Notes: a model not told the origin generated them from the sequence alone. A stretch of 60,969 nucleotides of DNA, filler included, from Sphacelaria rigidula (GCA_964200075.2; 9 parts of 9 records of this genome joined end to end with filler, not necessarily neighbours in it), one strand, 5' to 3'; numbered from the whole stretch's first letter, positions 1-13,350 are shown. Made by a program: numbers and translations.

Positions 1-69
1 CTGGTCTTCATTGGGACCAGAATCCCGCCAGCCGCGAACATGTCGGGGGGGAGGTGGTTGGGTTGATTC

Positions 70-245
70 TACGAAAGACCTAACTACTAGCGGTGCGTTT
101 GTATTCGGGTGAAAACGGTGTCAAAAGGTATGACTGAGTGTATCTCATTGGTAACAAGCACGTTCGAACAAGCGTTGCTGCTTTCAACGACGCTTTGAGA
201 AGGAATTTCGTGGGAAAAATGGCTCACAATACCCCCCCCTCCCCC
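70..245 (+). repeat. Dispersed repeat fragment, second copy at ~47645-47830 (-)
   Basis: Shares GCTGCTTTCAACGACG, GGAATTT and a terminal AATA/CCCCCCC tract with the reverse complement of 47645-47830. Confidence 0.6.
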
Positions 246-2310
246 TTAGACACCCATGAGGCAGTGTTTAAGCTGTGGCTGTCTCTGGAAGTGGCGATAC
301 CAGAAAATAAGCAAGTCATTGTTGGTTGTCATCCAAGTGCAAGATGATCGGTAGGCTTCGAGCCGAACAATCTTTGCAGGATGCAGCTCACCCTTCATGC
401 AACTCGCCGAACACACCACGGCGCTTGGCGCTTGGTGATTGAGTGCAAGCTTGGTCCGGCAAAAACCCGGCGTGCTCCGTCCCGGCTTTGTAGGGATACG
501 CATCGGATTACCCGCCTTGGATCTATCTCCTACGGTTGTGTGTTATTCGTTGACGCTTCGTGGGACGATACGGGCACCTTTTCAACTTGATGGGCCGCCC
601 TTCATCGTCACGTTGGTGCATCATGTTGCCTCGCGGCTGCATGTTGCTTTTGGTTTCCGGTGTCTTTCGCTCAGCGATTTTCTTTTCCCGCTTGAGCATT
701 CAACACCGTCGCGCTCTACTGATAAACGAAGTGTACGATCGTTTGTACTTCCCCGGTACTGTGAAACGCCTTGGCGGGCTGCTTAACAAACTCTGACAGC
801 GGAACTGGACGTATATTGAGACATGACTTCCCCTTCGCATGATAACAGTCAAGCTTTATATCAAGGTTTTGTAGCGGATGGATTACCGGCTTGTTTTTTC
901 GCTGCTTGAGTTTTTTTTGTTTTTATGGGGGATTTGTCCTGGATTCCCGGATATTTCGTAGCTTCTGGCGCTATTTTTCCGAGGGTTGTCGGTTCTTGCG
1001 TTTTTCACACTATTCGGATATTTTTTTCATATATTGTGTCGCCCTCTAAGTCCCCGTCACAGTACTCCCCCCTTAACGTGTCTCACATTTCCTTTTTATT
1101 ATGGTCTGTTGTTTTGCTTTTATTTTTTTTCTGTGGTGTGGGGGAATGGAATGTGTGGGTAAAGCAACCTCGTTTCACTGCGTTCTCCTGCGATTACTTT
1201 ACCCATTGGAGGCTAGTGTGATATGATGTGACTGCAGGACGTCGCCATGATCTTGGGCAAAGGCGACATTGAATGATAAACATTTTCATGTTGAATTAGC
1301 GGAGACTTCGCTGCCCCTTGAGGTTGACGTTCTACGAAGAGCATGTCTTTGAATTCGAAAAAAAGGTGGTGACCCAACCATGACATGAGTTGAGGAGCAC
1401 GGCTTGTGGATATATGGTATGACCTCAGCTTATGTTGACTTAGGGGGCGGCAAAACACGTTAGAAATAGCAGCCCCTACGACCCCACTCTCTTTTCATTC
1501 TCGGTTTTGGCTGCGACCCAACAGTTCCTCATTAGAGTATCTACAAACCGCGAGAAAGTGAGTCCTAGAGATAAGAGCAGTAGTCGGGCTGCTGTTTAGT
1601 CTGGTGTGTTTTATTGATTTCGGTTTTGGCTTATTTCGATTTGTGTTGTATCTCCCTGTTCTGTAGATGAATTTGGATACAATCAATTGCGTGATAAAAG
1701 TGCTATTCTGGTCTGTATTATGTGCTTGTTGTCTCCTTGTGTGAAAGCAACACGAGAGCGACTGTGGTCAGCCTGCGCTGCTGAGCTGAGTAAACAAACA
1801 ACGTACACAGAGGTCTGAACCTTGGAACAATCTTGGTGAACACCATTACACCCTTCTCAAGGTACCTTCACCCTTTATTACATCACACTATGGCATCCAT
1901 GATCATGCGTACACCCCCTCTCCCCCGCGTGTGCACCATAGCATCACTCTCTACCTATTCATTTTACCTCGATTCGTCACCAGCCGCCGTAGTAACGGCA
2001 AATGTGAATTCCTCGGAGAGGCGCGCTTTCAAGAACCCACTCCACCGGATTCCAACGGAACCTCCGGTCGATCCTAACCTCGCAACTCCGTTAGGTACAC
2101 CAGCTCCCCAGTCCAATCCGATAGAGGGATCGGTCTTAAATATTGCGACAAGGACAAGGGTAGCGGACAGTCCAGGGTCAAAGTTGTGGTTTGGGGTTGG
2201 GTTCGGGTACTATCGGGGTCCTGTGTCTAGAAGAAACGCCGACAAGCAAAGTGGTCTTAGCAGGTGAGACGTTTCAAGTGGACGTTCACGTCCCATTTTC
2301 TTGCTCGTTT

Positions 2311-2548
2311 GGGACATCCTGGATCCAGATGGACATCCTAAATTGATGCCCGCGACCCAATTGGACGTCCCAGATGGAGGTCTCAGATGGATATCTATTC
2401 CCCGAATGGATACCCTGGATGGATATCCCAGATAGATCGTGGGATATCCCAGGTAGACATCCCAGGTAGACATCCCAGATGGACATCTTTATCCCAGATG
2501 GGCATCCCAGGTTTAATTTCAACTCCTGCATGGGTATCCACATCCCAA
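2311..2548. repeat. Degenerate 13-bp minisatellite (ACATCCCAGRTRG), resumes after 2826
   Basis: acatcccaggtag-acatcccaggtag-acatcccagatgg plus many degenerate units, interrupted by the MITE at 2549. Confidence 0.8.
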
Positions 2549-2825
2549 GAGCGATGCTACGGTCGGGGTCGCACTTTTTGTTTCCGGGGCTCTCCCTCTT
2601 GTAGGAGCCCAGATATATGAGGCTTACTGTGCAACCCACATATCCGGAGACCAGACTCCCAGGAGCATGGTGCTTGCACGCAGAGGCCTTCCTGTGAATC
2701 GACATCATTTTCAGTCTTTTTCAGATAAAAGTGGTGCTGATTCACAAAATGACCCGTCCAACACGGCGAGCAGCCCCGAGAAACGTTTTCGCTGAAAAAG
2801 TGCAAACCCTACCGTAGCATCACTT
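2549..2825. mobile_element. MITE with GAGTGATGCTAC-type TIRs (subfamily A), 4-bp TSD CCAA
   Basis: Left end GAGCGATGCTACGGTCGGGGTCGCACTTTT, right end AAAAGTGCAAACCCTACCGTAGCATCACTT, CCAA on both flanks. Homologous copy at 41529-41782. Confidence 0.85.
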
Positions 2826-4229
2826 CCAAGTGGATGCCCATATCCCATGTGGATATCCGATATGAACATCTGATTGATTGATTGATTGTCGCACTTTAAC
2901 TGACCCCCCAGGGGTCCAGCCGTGGTCTCATGATAGACGTACGTACCCAACAAAAACGAAATTCAAACACGCTCTGAGGAAAGAAAAAAAAAAGGACAGA
3001 AAAAAAGAGGGGTCGAGCAGAACGACATAGCAGACTAAGTCGTGACGAAAAAAAAGTAATAAAAATTCAGCACAAGCAAAGCACAGAAATAAATGGCCGA
3101 CCTAAAGCAAGTAAAGGGAAAACAAGAGGAAAGTACAAAGCAAATAAAGAAATACAATGAAACGATGGGAAAAAAGAAGAAAAAAAAGAAGACAAAAAAA
3201 AGGCCTAAGGGATTCATGGCAGCAGAGTAGATACAGATACACACCACTTGGCACCGCGGAGTCACCGACTAAGGACATACTCAACAACCGATATGAGAGG
3301 ATCTGCATCCCTGATTAATCTTCCGGATGCATGTTTATATCCCAGACAGAGCTTGGTCAGCAATGCAGGGATATCCCTCTATATGACCAATAAACACAAT
3401 ATGCTTCCACTACTGACACGCAAGGGACATACCGGAACACACTTTGCACGGAGCTCCCTGCTCACCACCGTGACTTGCAGGGTACGTCGTGCAGTGAACG
3501 CGGTATAGGTGATCCGATGTCTTTCGCTCTTCTAGGATTCGACACCCAACCACACTAGAACAAGAAATCAGCTAACAGTGGTAACCGATTTTGAGCAGGG
3601 AATCATTGTTGATCACCGGCGTCACAGCAGCGCTGTCTTCAGTGAAGCAAGAAACTGAGTATGGCATCACTCCATACTTCGGGATGAAGTCGAATAATCT
3701 CGTGAATACACTCAACCGACAGAAAACCGACATGAAGCCCTGAACGCGCCAGCACTAAGAGAAAGCACAACGCACCCGTGTCACCAAGGGCTCGCCCAGG
3801 AAGCGAGTGTTCGCGAAGTATTCTGACGTCAAACCTCCACTCCCAACTGGTTGGTTTACCCCTGCTCCCGGAACCACGGAGTCTGCCCTTCCCAATAGCC
3901 ACACCCGGACTTCATACTCCCCCGCGACATCTGGAGTATTTCCGGGAGCATTACGTGGGGAAGGAGTGGAGGGAAAAGGCATGAAGGACAATTAACAGGA
4001 TAGACCGAATGTCCAGGAAGATCCATTGGAAGCCTACTTTTTGTATATTAATATATAACTTTACAGTTGGATTTCCGGACTTTGAAACGCCAATCAAAAC
4101 TGAACGTCGGAGCTTCAATCAATACGTAGGCCGGAAAGTCATATCTGAAAGTTAGCGTTGGGCGCACGACAATCATGAGTCGTGCGAACGCCGAGGAAGC
4201 GAGCATTCATGGCAAGGCATGGGACACTT

Positions 4230-4538
4230 GCCGCGCCCCAGCGGCCTAATGCCCCAGCTGACACCATTAGCGTGGAAAGGACGCGGGTTTTATTCCCGCC
4301 AGCCGCCTTTGAAGTTTTCCATGGTTGAAACCGTCAGGTTGTGAGTAGGCAAAAGAGTATGACTCGCTTTTTTCGACGAGAGTTGAAGCGGTGCGGGAGT
4401 GCTGATAGTCATGACCCATTCCACGAGACCAAAATACAAGGCATGTATCGGAGAGAGATGGGTTGATCCCTTGGAGACCACGGACTCGTCGCGAGGAAGG
4501 AGAAGGGTTGGAAGTTCGACAAATAAAAAAGAAGAAGC
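4230..4538 (+). mobile_element. SINE-like retroposon (family shared with 9322-9636, 10285-10560, 15064-15250)
   Basis: Shared head GCCGCGCCCC, core GCGGTGCGGGAGTGCTGA, tail GAGACCACGGACTCGTC.CGAGGAAGG..AGGGTT followed by an A-rich end. Confidence 0.7.
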
Positions 4539-4699
4539 GGTAACAAACGCGGACCTGTACTACAACTTTCACAAGTCGATGTGGCTTCCATGGGAGCAGT
4601 TGTTCCGAAATATACCTCGTCATCCGTTCTGTGGATGATTGGCCGGCGAAGAGACACAGAAACGCTTGTTCATATCTCCATATCGAGTGGTCTTGCAAA

Positions 4700-4915
4700 T
4701 ACTTTAAAAGTGCTTTGAACAGAGCACGATACTCTGGGTACTCAGTATTTCCATTGTTTTTTTCAGTACTTCATACTCCCGAGTACCTCGAGTATCGACT
4801 GCTGATAATACTAAGTAGTTTCGAGTACCTAGAGGATCGACTCCTCGAATTACTCGTACTCGTACTGTACCCTATCCCAAGCACCTCTCAAGTACTTGCA
4901 CTCGGTTCAAACTGT
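4700..4915. repeat. TACTCGAGTA/GTACTC-rich degenerate repeat
   Basis: Dense gagtac/tactc motifs. No coding signature. Confidence 0.5.
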
Positions 4916-5195
4916 ACGTGATGACCGTATGTGATTTCTGTGCGTTTTGTCACCCATTAATATTCATTCAGACGCAGCCCAACCCGCAAGGTAAATAGAT
5001 CGCACAATCAGTTCACAATTCGAGCTTTGGTTTCGTCAACACTCGCGTACCAGTTTCAGTGTTTATATGGTGTGGTAGATTACAACCAACAACAACCGAC
5101 AGGTCGCATCGCATCTTTGTAGGAGGAACACATCTTCGCCTTTCGTCGCAAGTACCCACCGTCATAAGGCGTGCGAATCACCATCAATACCTATC

Positions 5196-5415
5196 TACGA
5201 CGAGGGAAGGGGACGGCTGAACCCCTCTCACGGTAAAAGCATAAAGGCAAGCACCACAGACAGAAGGTGGAGAACTAAAACAAACGAAAAAGAAAAAAAT
5301 CCTGTGTTGGCCCTCCTCCTGTGTGACCCCGGCTGGTGTGCGCCCACATATACCCAAAGTTGTAGACCGGCGTCCAGAATAGATGGCACGACAACACACA
5401 CACACACACACACAC
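5196..5415 (+). mobile_element. 5'-truncated retroposon 3' end with (CA)n tail
   Basis: CCTGTGTTG.CC..CTGTGTGACCC.GGCTGG..GGCGTCCAGAATAGATGG..(CA)n. Homologues at 15251-15516 and 21385-21623. Confidence 0.75.
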
Positions 5416-6394
5416 CTACCTACCTGGCTGTATCGACAGCTTATACGTCCCATTCCCCGCGTCAGAAATCACGGGGTACGATACCCCAGACCCTCCTTCC
5501 TCTTGCTCCCCGGTAATGGTAGCGTACCACTCTTCTCCTTCCGTATCCAGGTTGTTGTCAAATGCATCTCTGAGGTGCATCAAAGACACAGAAGATAAAG
5601 GGGGATCAGGTGGGATGGGATATGATGCGAAAACGGGTTATGGCACAGGTCAGCGGAGGATAGAGGGTGGTTCAAGTCGATCAGACGGGGGGTGGCTTTA
5701 AACCAAGTCCGTATTTTCCTGGTCATTTAGAAGCGTGTGTACCCGGAAACCTGACACATTGATAATGATGCGTGGTTTTACATTTGGGGGTATAGCAAAG
5801 TCTACGAACAGGTGGCGTCATTGGGCAATCTTTGGAAAGGGCACATGTCTGGAGGACAGGCACACTGATATCAGTGTGTCATCAATTCGGTATAACACGA
5901 AGCCATTGAGTATATTACACCACTTAGTATATATATAATGAAAACCATAAATCAATGTTTTTGCGTATTTTACCCAATATTAGAAGGTGAGGCTCTTTTG
6001 TTTTTCACTATTTCCGCCACTGGAAGGGCACTAGGTGGATGTGGGCGAGGGGAACACATCCATCTGTGTTTTAGTTGAAGTCAGAGGTCGGTGATATGAT
6101 GAGCTTATGCCTCCAATGGCAATAGTCGATCAAGGCTCATCTCACATTATTGACCTTAACCAAGGAAATAGATAGCCTGGATCTGAGTTTCAGAGAGCCC
6201 CTAAGCGAGTTATCTTGTAATGCTGATACCGCCCATGGGAGTCCTTTCATTGTAAATTAATCAAACAGTAGTTGTCGCGATGCAAACACTCGAGCGTGCA
6301 TGGATACTTCCGATAGCTAAAATTTTGAAAACAAATGATCATACCGTGAAAGATTTTAGTCAGTATCCTTTCGGTGAACCGCGCTCTGTATACC

Positions 6395-6590
6395 CAACAG
6401 TACGGTGCGATGCGTGATTTGTTTTTCGGTGGTTGCGCGACACAACGTGTTCGTTTTCGTCCGCTCGCGGTGCGGTACGAGACGGTACGATACGGTATAG
6501 TGCTGTGCGGTGCGATACCATACGATACCGTACAGTACGATACGGTACGATCAGGTGAGGTAGCGCTTTCACGGTATTGCGTGGTACACT
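6395..6590. repeat. Degenerate pentanucleotide satellite (TACGR)n
   Basis: cggtacgagacggtacgatacggtatag...tacgatacggtacgat. Confidence 0.75.
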
Positions 6591-6686
6591 ATCCGATTTT
6601 TTCATAATTCGATACCCAAGGACATGGTGCACCCAACAGTGTTTTCGTGAGATTGAGAGTAGATGATACGATTGAGAGTAAAAAGC

Positions 6687-6786
6687 NNNNNNNNNNNNNN
6701 NNNNNNNNNNNNNNNNNNNNNNNNNNNNNNTTAATTAATTAANNNNNNNNNNNNNNNNNNNNNNNNNNNNNNNNNNNNNNNNNNNN
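6687..6786. other. Artificial contig linker N44-TTAATTAATTAA-N44 (also at 13473-13572, 20259-20358, 27045-27144, 33830-33929, 40615-40714, 47400-47499, 54185-54284)
   Basis: Eight identical 100-nt spacers carrying a six-frame stop 12-mer. The segments between them are 6686 bp (x4) then 6685 bp (x5). Confidence 0.98.
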
Positions 6787-6952
6787 GATATGCCACTTCA
6801 GCCCCATATTTTGTATGAACCCCAAAATATAAAATCGGCTGTTAATAGGAGGCGCTTCATGCAGCCTGAATCCGAGCATCAGGCGCTGTATGGCCATTTT
6901 TTTCGGGACACTTCTAGCTGGTTTTGGGGGGGGGGCTATCGTAGAAAGTGTC
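6787..6952 (-). mobile_element. Partial GACACTTTCTACGATAG-TIR MITE cut by the contig start
   Basis: Ends in GGGGCTATCGTAGAAAGTGTC. Internal GGCGCTTCATGCAGCCTGAA is shared with the other copies. Confidence 0.8.
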
Positions 6953-7029
6953 CGAATCAAATTTCGAAAATCTTTGAGAAACTAACTTATAAACTACGAA
7001 TTCTACATACTTCTGACGCTGAGTACTGT

Positions 7030-7790
7030 GCTACCCAGCAGTCCCTTTCCTCCTCGTCGACTGTTAAGTCGATTTTGTGTACCCTCGACGTAGTCGCTCT
7101 CCACTGCTGGACATGGTATGAGGAAATAATCCTAGATTGCTCCGAGATTTTAACCCATGATCCAACCGTCCGAAGGTTTCGAGGTTACCAAGTGAGCCAC
7201 CGGGGCGACCGGCCAACTATTTCTGTCCTAAATAACGAATTGAAATTGAAGCAAGTGTGTTTCTTTTCCGATAGCGGATCTGAGCATCATGATTGATTAT
7301 TCTATGTGGCCGTGGTGAGAAACGATAACACGAGAAGCAGTTCTACGCAAATGGATTCCACAATACACACGAGAAGGAATCACAGAACGTCTGATCTGGT
7401 GTCAGAATCTGAACACCATTCTCATGTTCCTCAGGGTGCTAATTTCGAGAGCGGCGAGACGCTGTGCGAAGCATATGGCAATAAGAAATGATGTATCGTC
7501 ACAACCCATGGACGCTGTAGATCTTTTTGCCCGGCGTAATTTTGGTCCATGTGTTTCCACGTCGAGCGACGTGTACCCAGCCCGCGCATGCATCCACGGC
7601 GTATGAACGTGAACCATTGCCTTTGTCTCTTGAATGTGAATGGTGAGAGCCGCCTCGCGTGCCTGTGCCAGCACAATGTTTGCATTTCGAACGCCAGTCT
7701 CGCGCAGGGGTTGCCAAGGGAACATTAGTCTGCGCTTGTGTTGGCGGCAGTGTAATTTATCTGGCACACATCAACAACACTTGAAGCGTT
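7030..7790 (-). mobile_element. Decayed LINE remnant, probably the parent family of the (CA)n-tailed repeats
   Basis: Reverse complement of 7030-7115 (CATGTCCAGCAGTGGAGAGCGA...GTCGACGAGG) aligns with 15251-15330. The upstream peptide LAQAREAALTIHIQETKAM resembles the post-YADD 'gL.in..KTk.m' stretch of non-LTR RTs. Confidence 0.5.
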
Positions 7791-9321
7791 CATTTTCAGC
7801 AGTAAAGCACGTCTGCCGAGCATAAGTTGAGGCGGCTACTCGTCAGGAGTTCCTTGCTGGCAACAGGCGAAGGCAGCAAAAAGCTTCGCACGCCGTCCCA
7901 GCGCCTGGCACTTTCACAGTATCCATCGATCATTTGGCGTTGAGGAAAATCAAATACGAACATCCCGTTAGCGGCGGGACAAAGAGGCGTGGTGAAGGCA
8001 ATTCAGAACATTTTATTTTACCCTCATCCATTGCACAACCAAACAGCAACGCAACGGAACATCAGCACCGAGGGCTCGAATATCGAATACCACCAAAAGG
8101 AGCAGGATAGGCGCTTGCTAAAGACATAGGTACAGATAGCAATCCAATTGCAGGGACTATCATCATGACTGGGCCTGATTGGCCGCGGCGGCGCTATGAG
8201 CTCATGGTCAAGAAGGGCACGACGCCCTTGGGTCTAAAACTTCACGCAACTAAGACACGCAAAGGTCAGTGTTTGTATGGGCGTCGGTGATATTCTGTGT
8301 GGTCTCTGGTTTGACGGGCACGTAAAGGTATTTGTTCCGTCCGTGAGAAAACGAGATCACCATCGCACAGACAGTGCAGTACAGCAGAGAGCAGTTTAGA
8401 GTTATTGTTTGTCTATGCGTACCTCGAAGAGATTCTCGCAGCTAGGTTTGTTGCAAATCATGAGCTAAGGTAACATGCACTACAGACAGGGCGGGACAGC
8501 AGATAACACTTTAGTCTGTCACGTCGGAGCTTCCAACTTTCGAATTGCTTTTTGCCTGTGAATGTTCCACAACAATGAACATGGCACTTTTTGAAGAAAC
8601 GTGATGTGCCGTTCCGTTGACCATAATTTCCCCTCAAGAAAAGTGAGCAGCATAGCTCTTTTCCGCTGCAGCATCTCGCTTGATGAGCGAATAGGCGTTG
8701 TTGGTGTGACAATACTTGGGCAGGGTCGGTTTTGTGGGCTATCTCTCGTTTGCCATAGAAGTGCAGTCAGCAAGCAGGCTACAGGGAGAGAGGTGGGATC
8801 TACAAGTTGATACCGCTTGAAGCCAGCACACACTCATAATACACAGCTGTGCAGAGGGCCAACCTGTCTGAACTACGTCTAATATTTGATCTGCAGCCCT
8901 CTGCTAGCCTGTCGCTTATTGCCCGACCTATCCGAGTAGCTCACCGCTACTGAAACGTGGAAGCGGGTCATGTTATGCCGTACAGAAGTTAGACCTGCAT
9001 GAACTCGATACAATCTGGAAAGCAGCTTGCATGTTGACCTCGCAAAGAGTAGTGCATTCATGACCTCGGTTGAAAGGAGTTCGATTGGTAGAATTGCGTT
9101 TGTTCGCCGGGCATTGGGCCAGCTAGCACAGCAGCAGTACTCGTAGCACGGCGGCAACACAGTGCGGTGGTCTGCTGCACAGAAAATACTGTACAGTACA
9201 GATGGTAGTACGCAAGCCCGCACGAGTTGAATCTGTGCACGTCATCCTTTGATGTGGCCTCTACGTGCTAACACAAGAGTGGATCTTGGCTTGTGTAGGG
9301 CACCGCACGGTGGGGTGCAGT

Positions 9322-9636
9322 TTTTTTTGTTCTGAATCCTAAACCCTCCCTTCCTCGAGACATGCCCGTGGTCTCGACGTATCAAAAACCCATCTCCACC
9401 CTGGCACACGGCTTATTTTCTGGCGTCCCGGATCGGATCAGTACTCCTGCACCGCATCGACTGCCGTCCAAGGTATCCAAGCAGACTATCTCTGCTAATC
9501 ATGTCGTAACGTTTTCCAACATCGAAGATCAGATACTTTTAGAAGAAAGTCAAAACTCAAGCTCAGCTCGTGAGAATCGTTCGTTTTCCCCCACACTGAT
9601 TGTTTCGGCTGTAGCATTGGACCACCGGGGCGCGGC
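9322..9636 (-). mobile_element. SINE-like retroposon copy
   Basis: Reverse complement has GCCGCGCCCCGGTGGTCCAATG (A-box-like), GCGGTGCAGGAGTACTGA, GAGACCACGGG..CTCGAGGAAGGG and poly(A). Confidence 0.7.
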
Positions 9637-10284
9637 AGCGATGATTCCAGTAAACACTTAGATGGACATCCCGACCCCTAAACCAAGGGATACGGAGAGA
9701 TCTCGATCAAGTGGGGCGCAGGAGGTGATGAAAAAAGTGTGCACTGGAAGACCTCAGTGAAGGCCCTGATTTGGACGAGCGCTCATCCCGAGCATACTGG
9801 TTGGGATGGAGCCGTAGAAAGATCCGAATAAGGCGATTCGTGCCACAAGCTCCACGGCAGAGAAAAATACCCAAAAACCCGGCATGCATGTGTCGCTCAG
9901 GGGATTTTCCCGCTGAAGGACGGGGCAGTATACGACTGGACCTCACGAGAATTTTGAAAAATGGGAGTAGGGTCGTGCTTCCGTTTTTGTTGTAAAAATG
10001 GTTGACAGAAGGTTCTCGTGATATTGGGAATGATATGCCGAAACGGGTTGGGAGCTGCACGGTTAGGTCGTGTCTCTTCAAGACCAAAAAAGAGGCGCGA
10101 AAGGCAACAAGCGTCTAAAGTAGCATGTTGATTGATCCCTGAACGGGTTTATCGTCGCGGCGACTAATCAACATGCAGCTCTTGGACCCTTGTTCCGCTT
10201 GCATGCTTATATTTTTGGTCTGGGTAAGACACGGCCTTCCTGTTTCCGTTCCCCCCAAAAAATAATGGGCAACCACAGTAGTAG

Positions 10285-10560
10285 TTTCTTCTTCAGTCGC
10301 ACCTTGAACCCTGCTCCTTCCTCGGGACGAGTCCGAGGTCTCCATGGCGTATAAAGCATTTCTGCCCGGTACACGCCTTGGATTTTGATCTCGCCGGCCG
10401 GGTCAGCACTCCCGCACCGCGTCAACATTCATCACACTAACCCGTCAACTGGTCTTTATTTTCTCACTTGCTCACGCTTTCGCCAGTGGAAATCAGATAC
10501 TTCGAAAAAAAGGAGTAAACGCATCGCGAATCGAACCCACGGGCTCTCCACTTGTACGAT
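10285..10560 (-). mobile_element. SINE-like retroposon copy with B box
   Basis: Reverse complement has GGTTCGATTCG, GCGGTGCGGGAGTGCTGA, GAGACCTCGGACTCGTCCCGAGGAAGG and a (GAA)n tail. Confidence 0.7.
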
Positions 10561-11143
10561 GCAGTACAGTGTGCTCGAGTTGGGTAGCAGAGTCCTGCTA
10601 CGAGTAAATTTGAGGTGCTCTCGGCAAGCTTGACTCAAGAAAAGTGTCTCCGACCAAATATAGCACAAAGTCACACGAGAGGATTTAACTGAAACGGTAT
10701 GGCCAACCAACCTGGAGTGCGCCATTACTCTTGGACACGGAATACGGCCTGGTGGCGGGACCCGTCAGGGGTGGTTTGTTTGCAAAAATGAAAATACTCT
10801 CACTCGATTGCCCTGAAAACTGGTGGGCATGTAGCTGCCTTGAAGGCAAGAATAATACCCTGTACCTTTGTTGACCCATAACTCGTCTCCGTTCTCAGGT
10901 TATACCCGAAAGAGATGGGGGAAATATTTACGACGGTGTATATGATTCACGCCCTTGAGAAGCTACACATCTTTTGCCGTGCAATATTATTGTTCACTCC
11001 ATCTTTAAGAGAGATCTTGGAAGTTTGAGAGAGATTTAACTCATCAACCATTCCAAGGGCATCACCAGCAGTGAAACAGGGTCCTCATGTCCCGAAATTC
11101 TCTTGATTTTAACCAGCTCTTGTTTTGTCCGAAACACCGCTTA

Positions 11144-11973
11144 GACCCACTTTTATGGCAGGCACTCTCGATTTTTTCAAAATCGGGGGGACAAAAAATC
11201 GGAGAACACACTTCATGGACACGGATTTGGACCAAATCGGGAACGACAAAATCGGGGGGTCACGATCTCGGAACGTTTTCCCCCGATTTTTTTGAGGTGA
11301 CGTACGTGCATTGACGTATATTGCTAGAGTACGAGGCGTTTGATATTTTTGCAACGGCAGCAGAAGACAGTCTTGTGACAGCACAGGGCGTGCGTACTGC
11401 CGCCCCCAGCTGCTGAAGCAACTTCGCATGGGGTTTGACAAGCGGATAATAAGTGCTGACGCCATACCCTACGGTGATAGTAATATTTTGTACTGCGCTN
11501 NNNNNNNNNCCATACCCTACGGCGATAGTAATATTTTATGCTGCGCTGCGCTGCCATATGTATCACTATAGCGAACGCTACTGTACTCTCCTAGCTCGTG
11601 TCGCTGTGCTTGAGGGGTGATGTGCGGCACTGCACTATTGAGCTCTGCCCACGCACTGTTTGCTCTCTGTTCTCGCAATACCGACTGTTCCATCATGTAC
11701 TACCACAAGGCATCATCATGTACTGTACTGATGGAGTGCGGTTACCCCAGGGTATCAAGGTACGGCACTGTACTCGAAGGATTATTTACCGCCTGCCTAC
11801 TCTTCGGCTTGATGCCCGAGTACGCAGTACCACACATGCAAAAAATGACCGTCTGTGTACAGAACCGTTTCACAAATCTGTGATACTGTACCGTCTGTGC
11901 CATAAAACTGTCCCCCCGATTTTTCAGAATCGGGATCCAAAAAAATCGAGATTCGTTTTCCATAAAGTGAGTC
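11144..11973. mobile_element. Non-autonomous TIR element with TTA TSD (PIF/Harbinger-like by TSD only)
   Basis: TTA|GACCCACTTTTATGG ... CCATAAAGTGAGTC|TTA, with inverted subterminal AAAATCGGGGGGACA motifs. Confidence 0.6.
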
Positions 11974-11992
11974 TTAATCCTTGGACGACGAG

Positions 11993-12310
11993 CGTCGCCT
12001 CGGAGCAGTTGTACAGGCTGACAGTCCCGAGACATCCGGGGGTTTCCAGGACTCGGGGGGGGTGGTTTTTGAGAGGAGGGGGTGTCTCTCCGCGGAGCAT
12101 CGGAGAAGCTCACGGAGTCAACCATGTGTGTTTGGAAGTTTCTCACGGAGAATTATGAGCCGTGCACGAGGCCCGAGTGGCGCGGGATGACCATTCTGAC
12201 CGATCACGGTCGTCAAAATGAGCACTTTTGTTCCGGTAGAGGTAGACACCTGCTAGACACATTCGCCGTCTACCCTCATTTCATTTGATGATTCCAAATC
12301 AACCATAGGA
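11993..12310 (+). repeat. Dispersed repeat, second copy at 25218-25550
   Basis: Both carry TCGCCTCGGA..ACAGGCTGACAG..GAGACAT.CGGGGGTTTCCAG and ATGACCATTCTGACC.ATCACGGTCGTCAAAATGAGCA. Confidence 0.85.
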
Positions 12311-12517
12311 ACATCTTGAGCATCTTCGGTAAACTGTGTCTGTCTGTTCAGTACTGCCTTAGCATCCTACCAGCTCCACACCTCCATCTGGTATAAAACG
12401 TCATGGCGCAACACGCGAGAGGCGGCCACGAGTATCCTACGCACGTAGATGTAGACAAGTACTTCGACGGCGAGGCGACCGCTATCGCCGAGCAATTGCT
12501 CTACGGTAGTCAGGCCG

Positions 12518-13350
12518 AATGTTGTATGTTATGGCAACAGATCTTTGGCCCACAGATTTTTGAATTCTGGTGAAAAAAATCCGCGGCCAATTTGGTTTCG
12601 GGAACGATATTATGGCAGCACACAGATTTTCATACCATACTGTTCTGTTTTGCATACCTCCACCAGGGTTTCGAGTTTTATGTTTGGCGTGTTTCAACAG
12701 CTCACAGTCCCGTAGGTGTCTCGTGTGTTGTGGCGTGCTGTAGTGATGTAGCGTCACTGCCGCAGAGAGGTCATCACCACCTCACTAACACCAGTGCCGG
12801 TTCTTTCAAGCACATAAGTAAGCGACCATGTCCCCCCTCGTTGCTGCTAAAGTTGAATCCTTCATCGAAGGATCGCAGAACTATCCGCCAGACAGCGACA
12901 GTCCGCATCACATGTCTACTCTCTCAACGTCTTTGCAATGCTTTTACCAGGAGACCGACGAACAAGGCGTGTCGTTTTTTGTCTCGTACGCGCGAAGCGG
13001 GCTCCATGGCGCATCGGCTGCGGCATGTGGTTGCTTCGTGTGTTGTTGGTTGTTGTCGACAGCATCACTCACAAAGGCGCAGCCAGCACGCCGGCACATC
13101 CAAGAAAAACGCGGCGTGNNNNNNNNNNCCCCATTATGACGGTCTGCCCGCCAAAACGCAAAAATCCGTGTGCAAAAATCTGTGCTTGCCAACCCCCGCC
13201 AGTTTGCCCAAAAATCTGTAGGACTCGGGCCCAGAATCTTGGCCACGGATTTTTTCACCCAAAAATCGATAAATCTGTACCCATAACATGGGTGTCACAC
13301 GAATTTTGAAGATACGGGGCCGAAGATCTGTTGCCATTACATCCGACCTC
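12518..13350. mobile_element. Non-autonomous TIR element
   Basis: Left GTTGTATGTTATGGCAACAGATCTTTGGCCC versus right GGGCCGAAGATCTGTTGCCATTACATCCGAC. Inverted AAAATCTGTG subterminal motifs. No clear TSD. Confidence 0.7.

Noticed and set aside
1490..1835. Solo LTR
   Set aside because: Composition is LTR-like, but I could not identify termini, a TSD or a second copy.
6731..6742. TTAATTAATTAA as a biological motif
   Set aside because: It is a synthetic six-frame stop linker embedded in Ns.
6790..7296. 168-aa ORF and similar short ORFs containing FMQPE (also 39895-40359, 47087-47338, 53708-53959)
   Set aside because: The shared peptide is just the translated interior of a non-coding MITE.
11461..11547. 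39-bp direct repeat around a 10-N gap
   Set aside because: It may be an unresolved overlap or allelic ends at a scaffolding gap and cannot be trusted.
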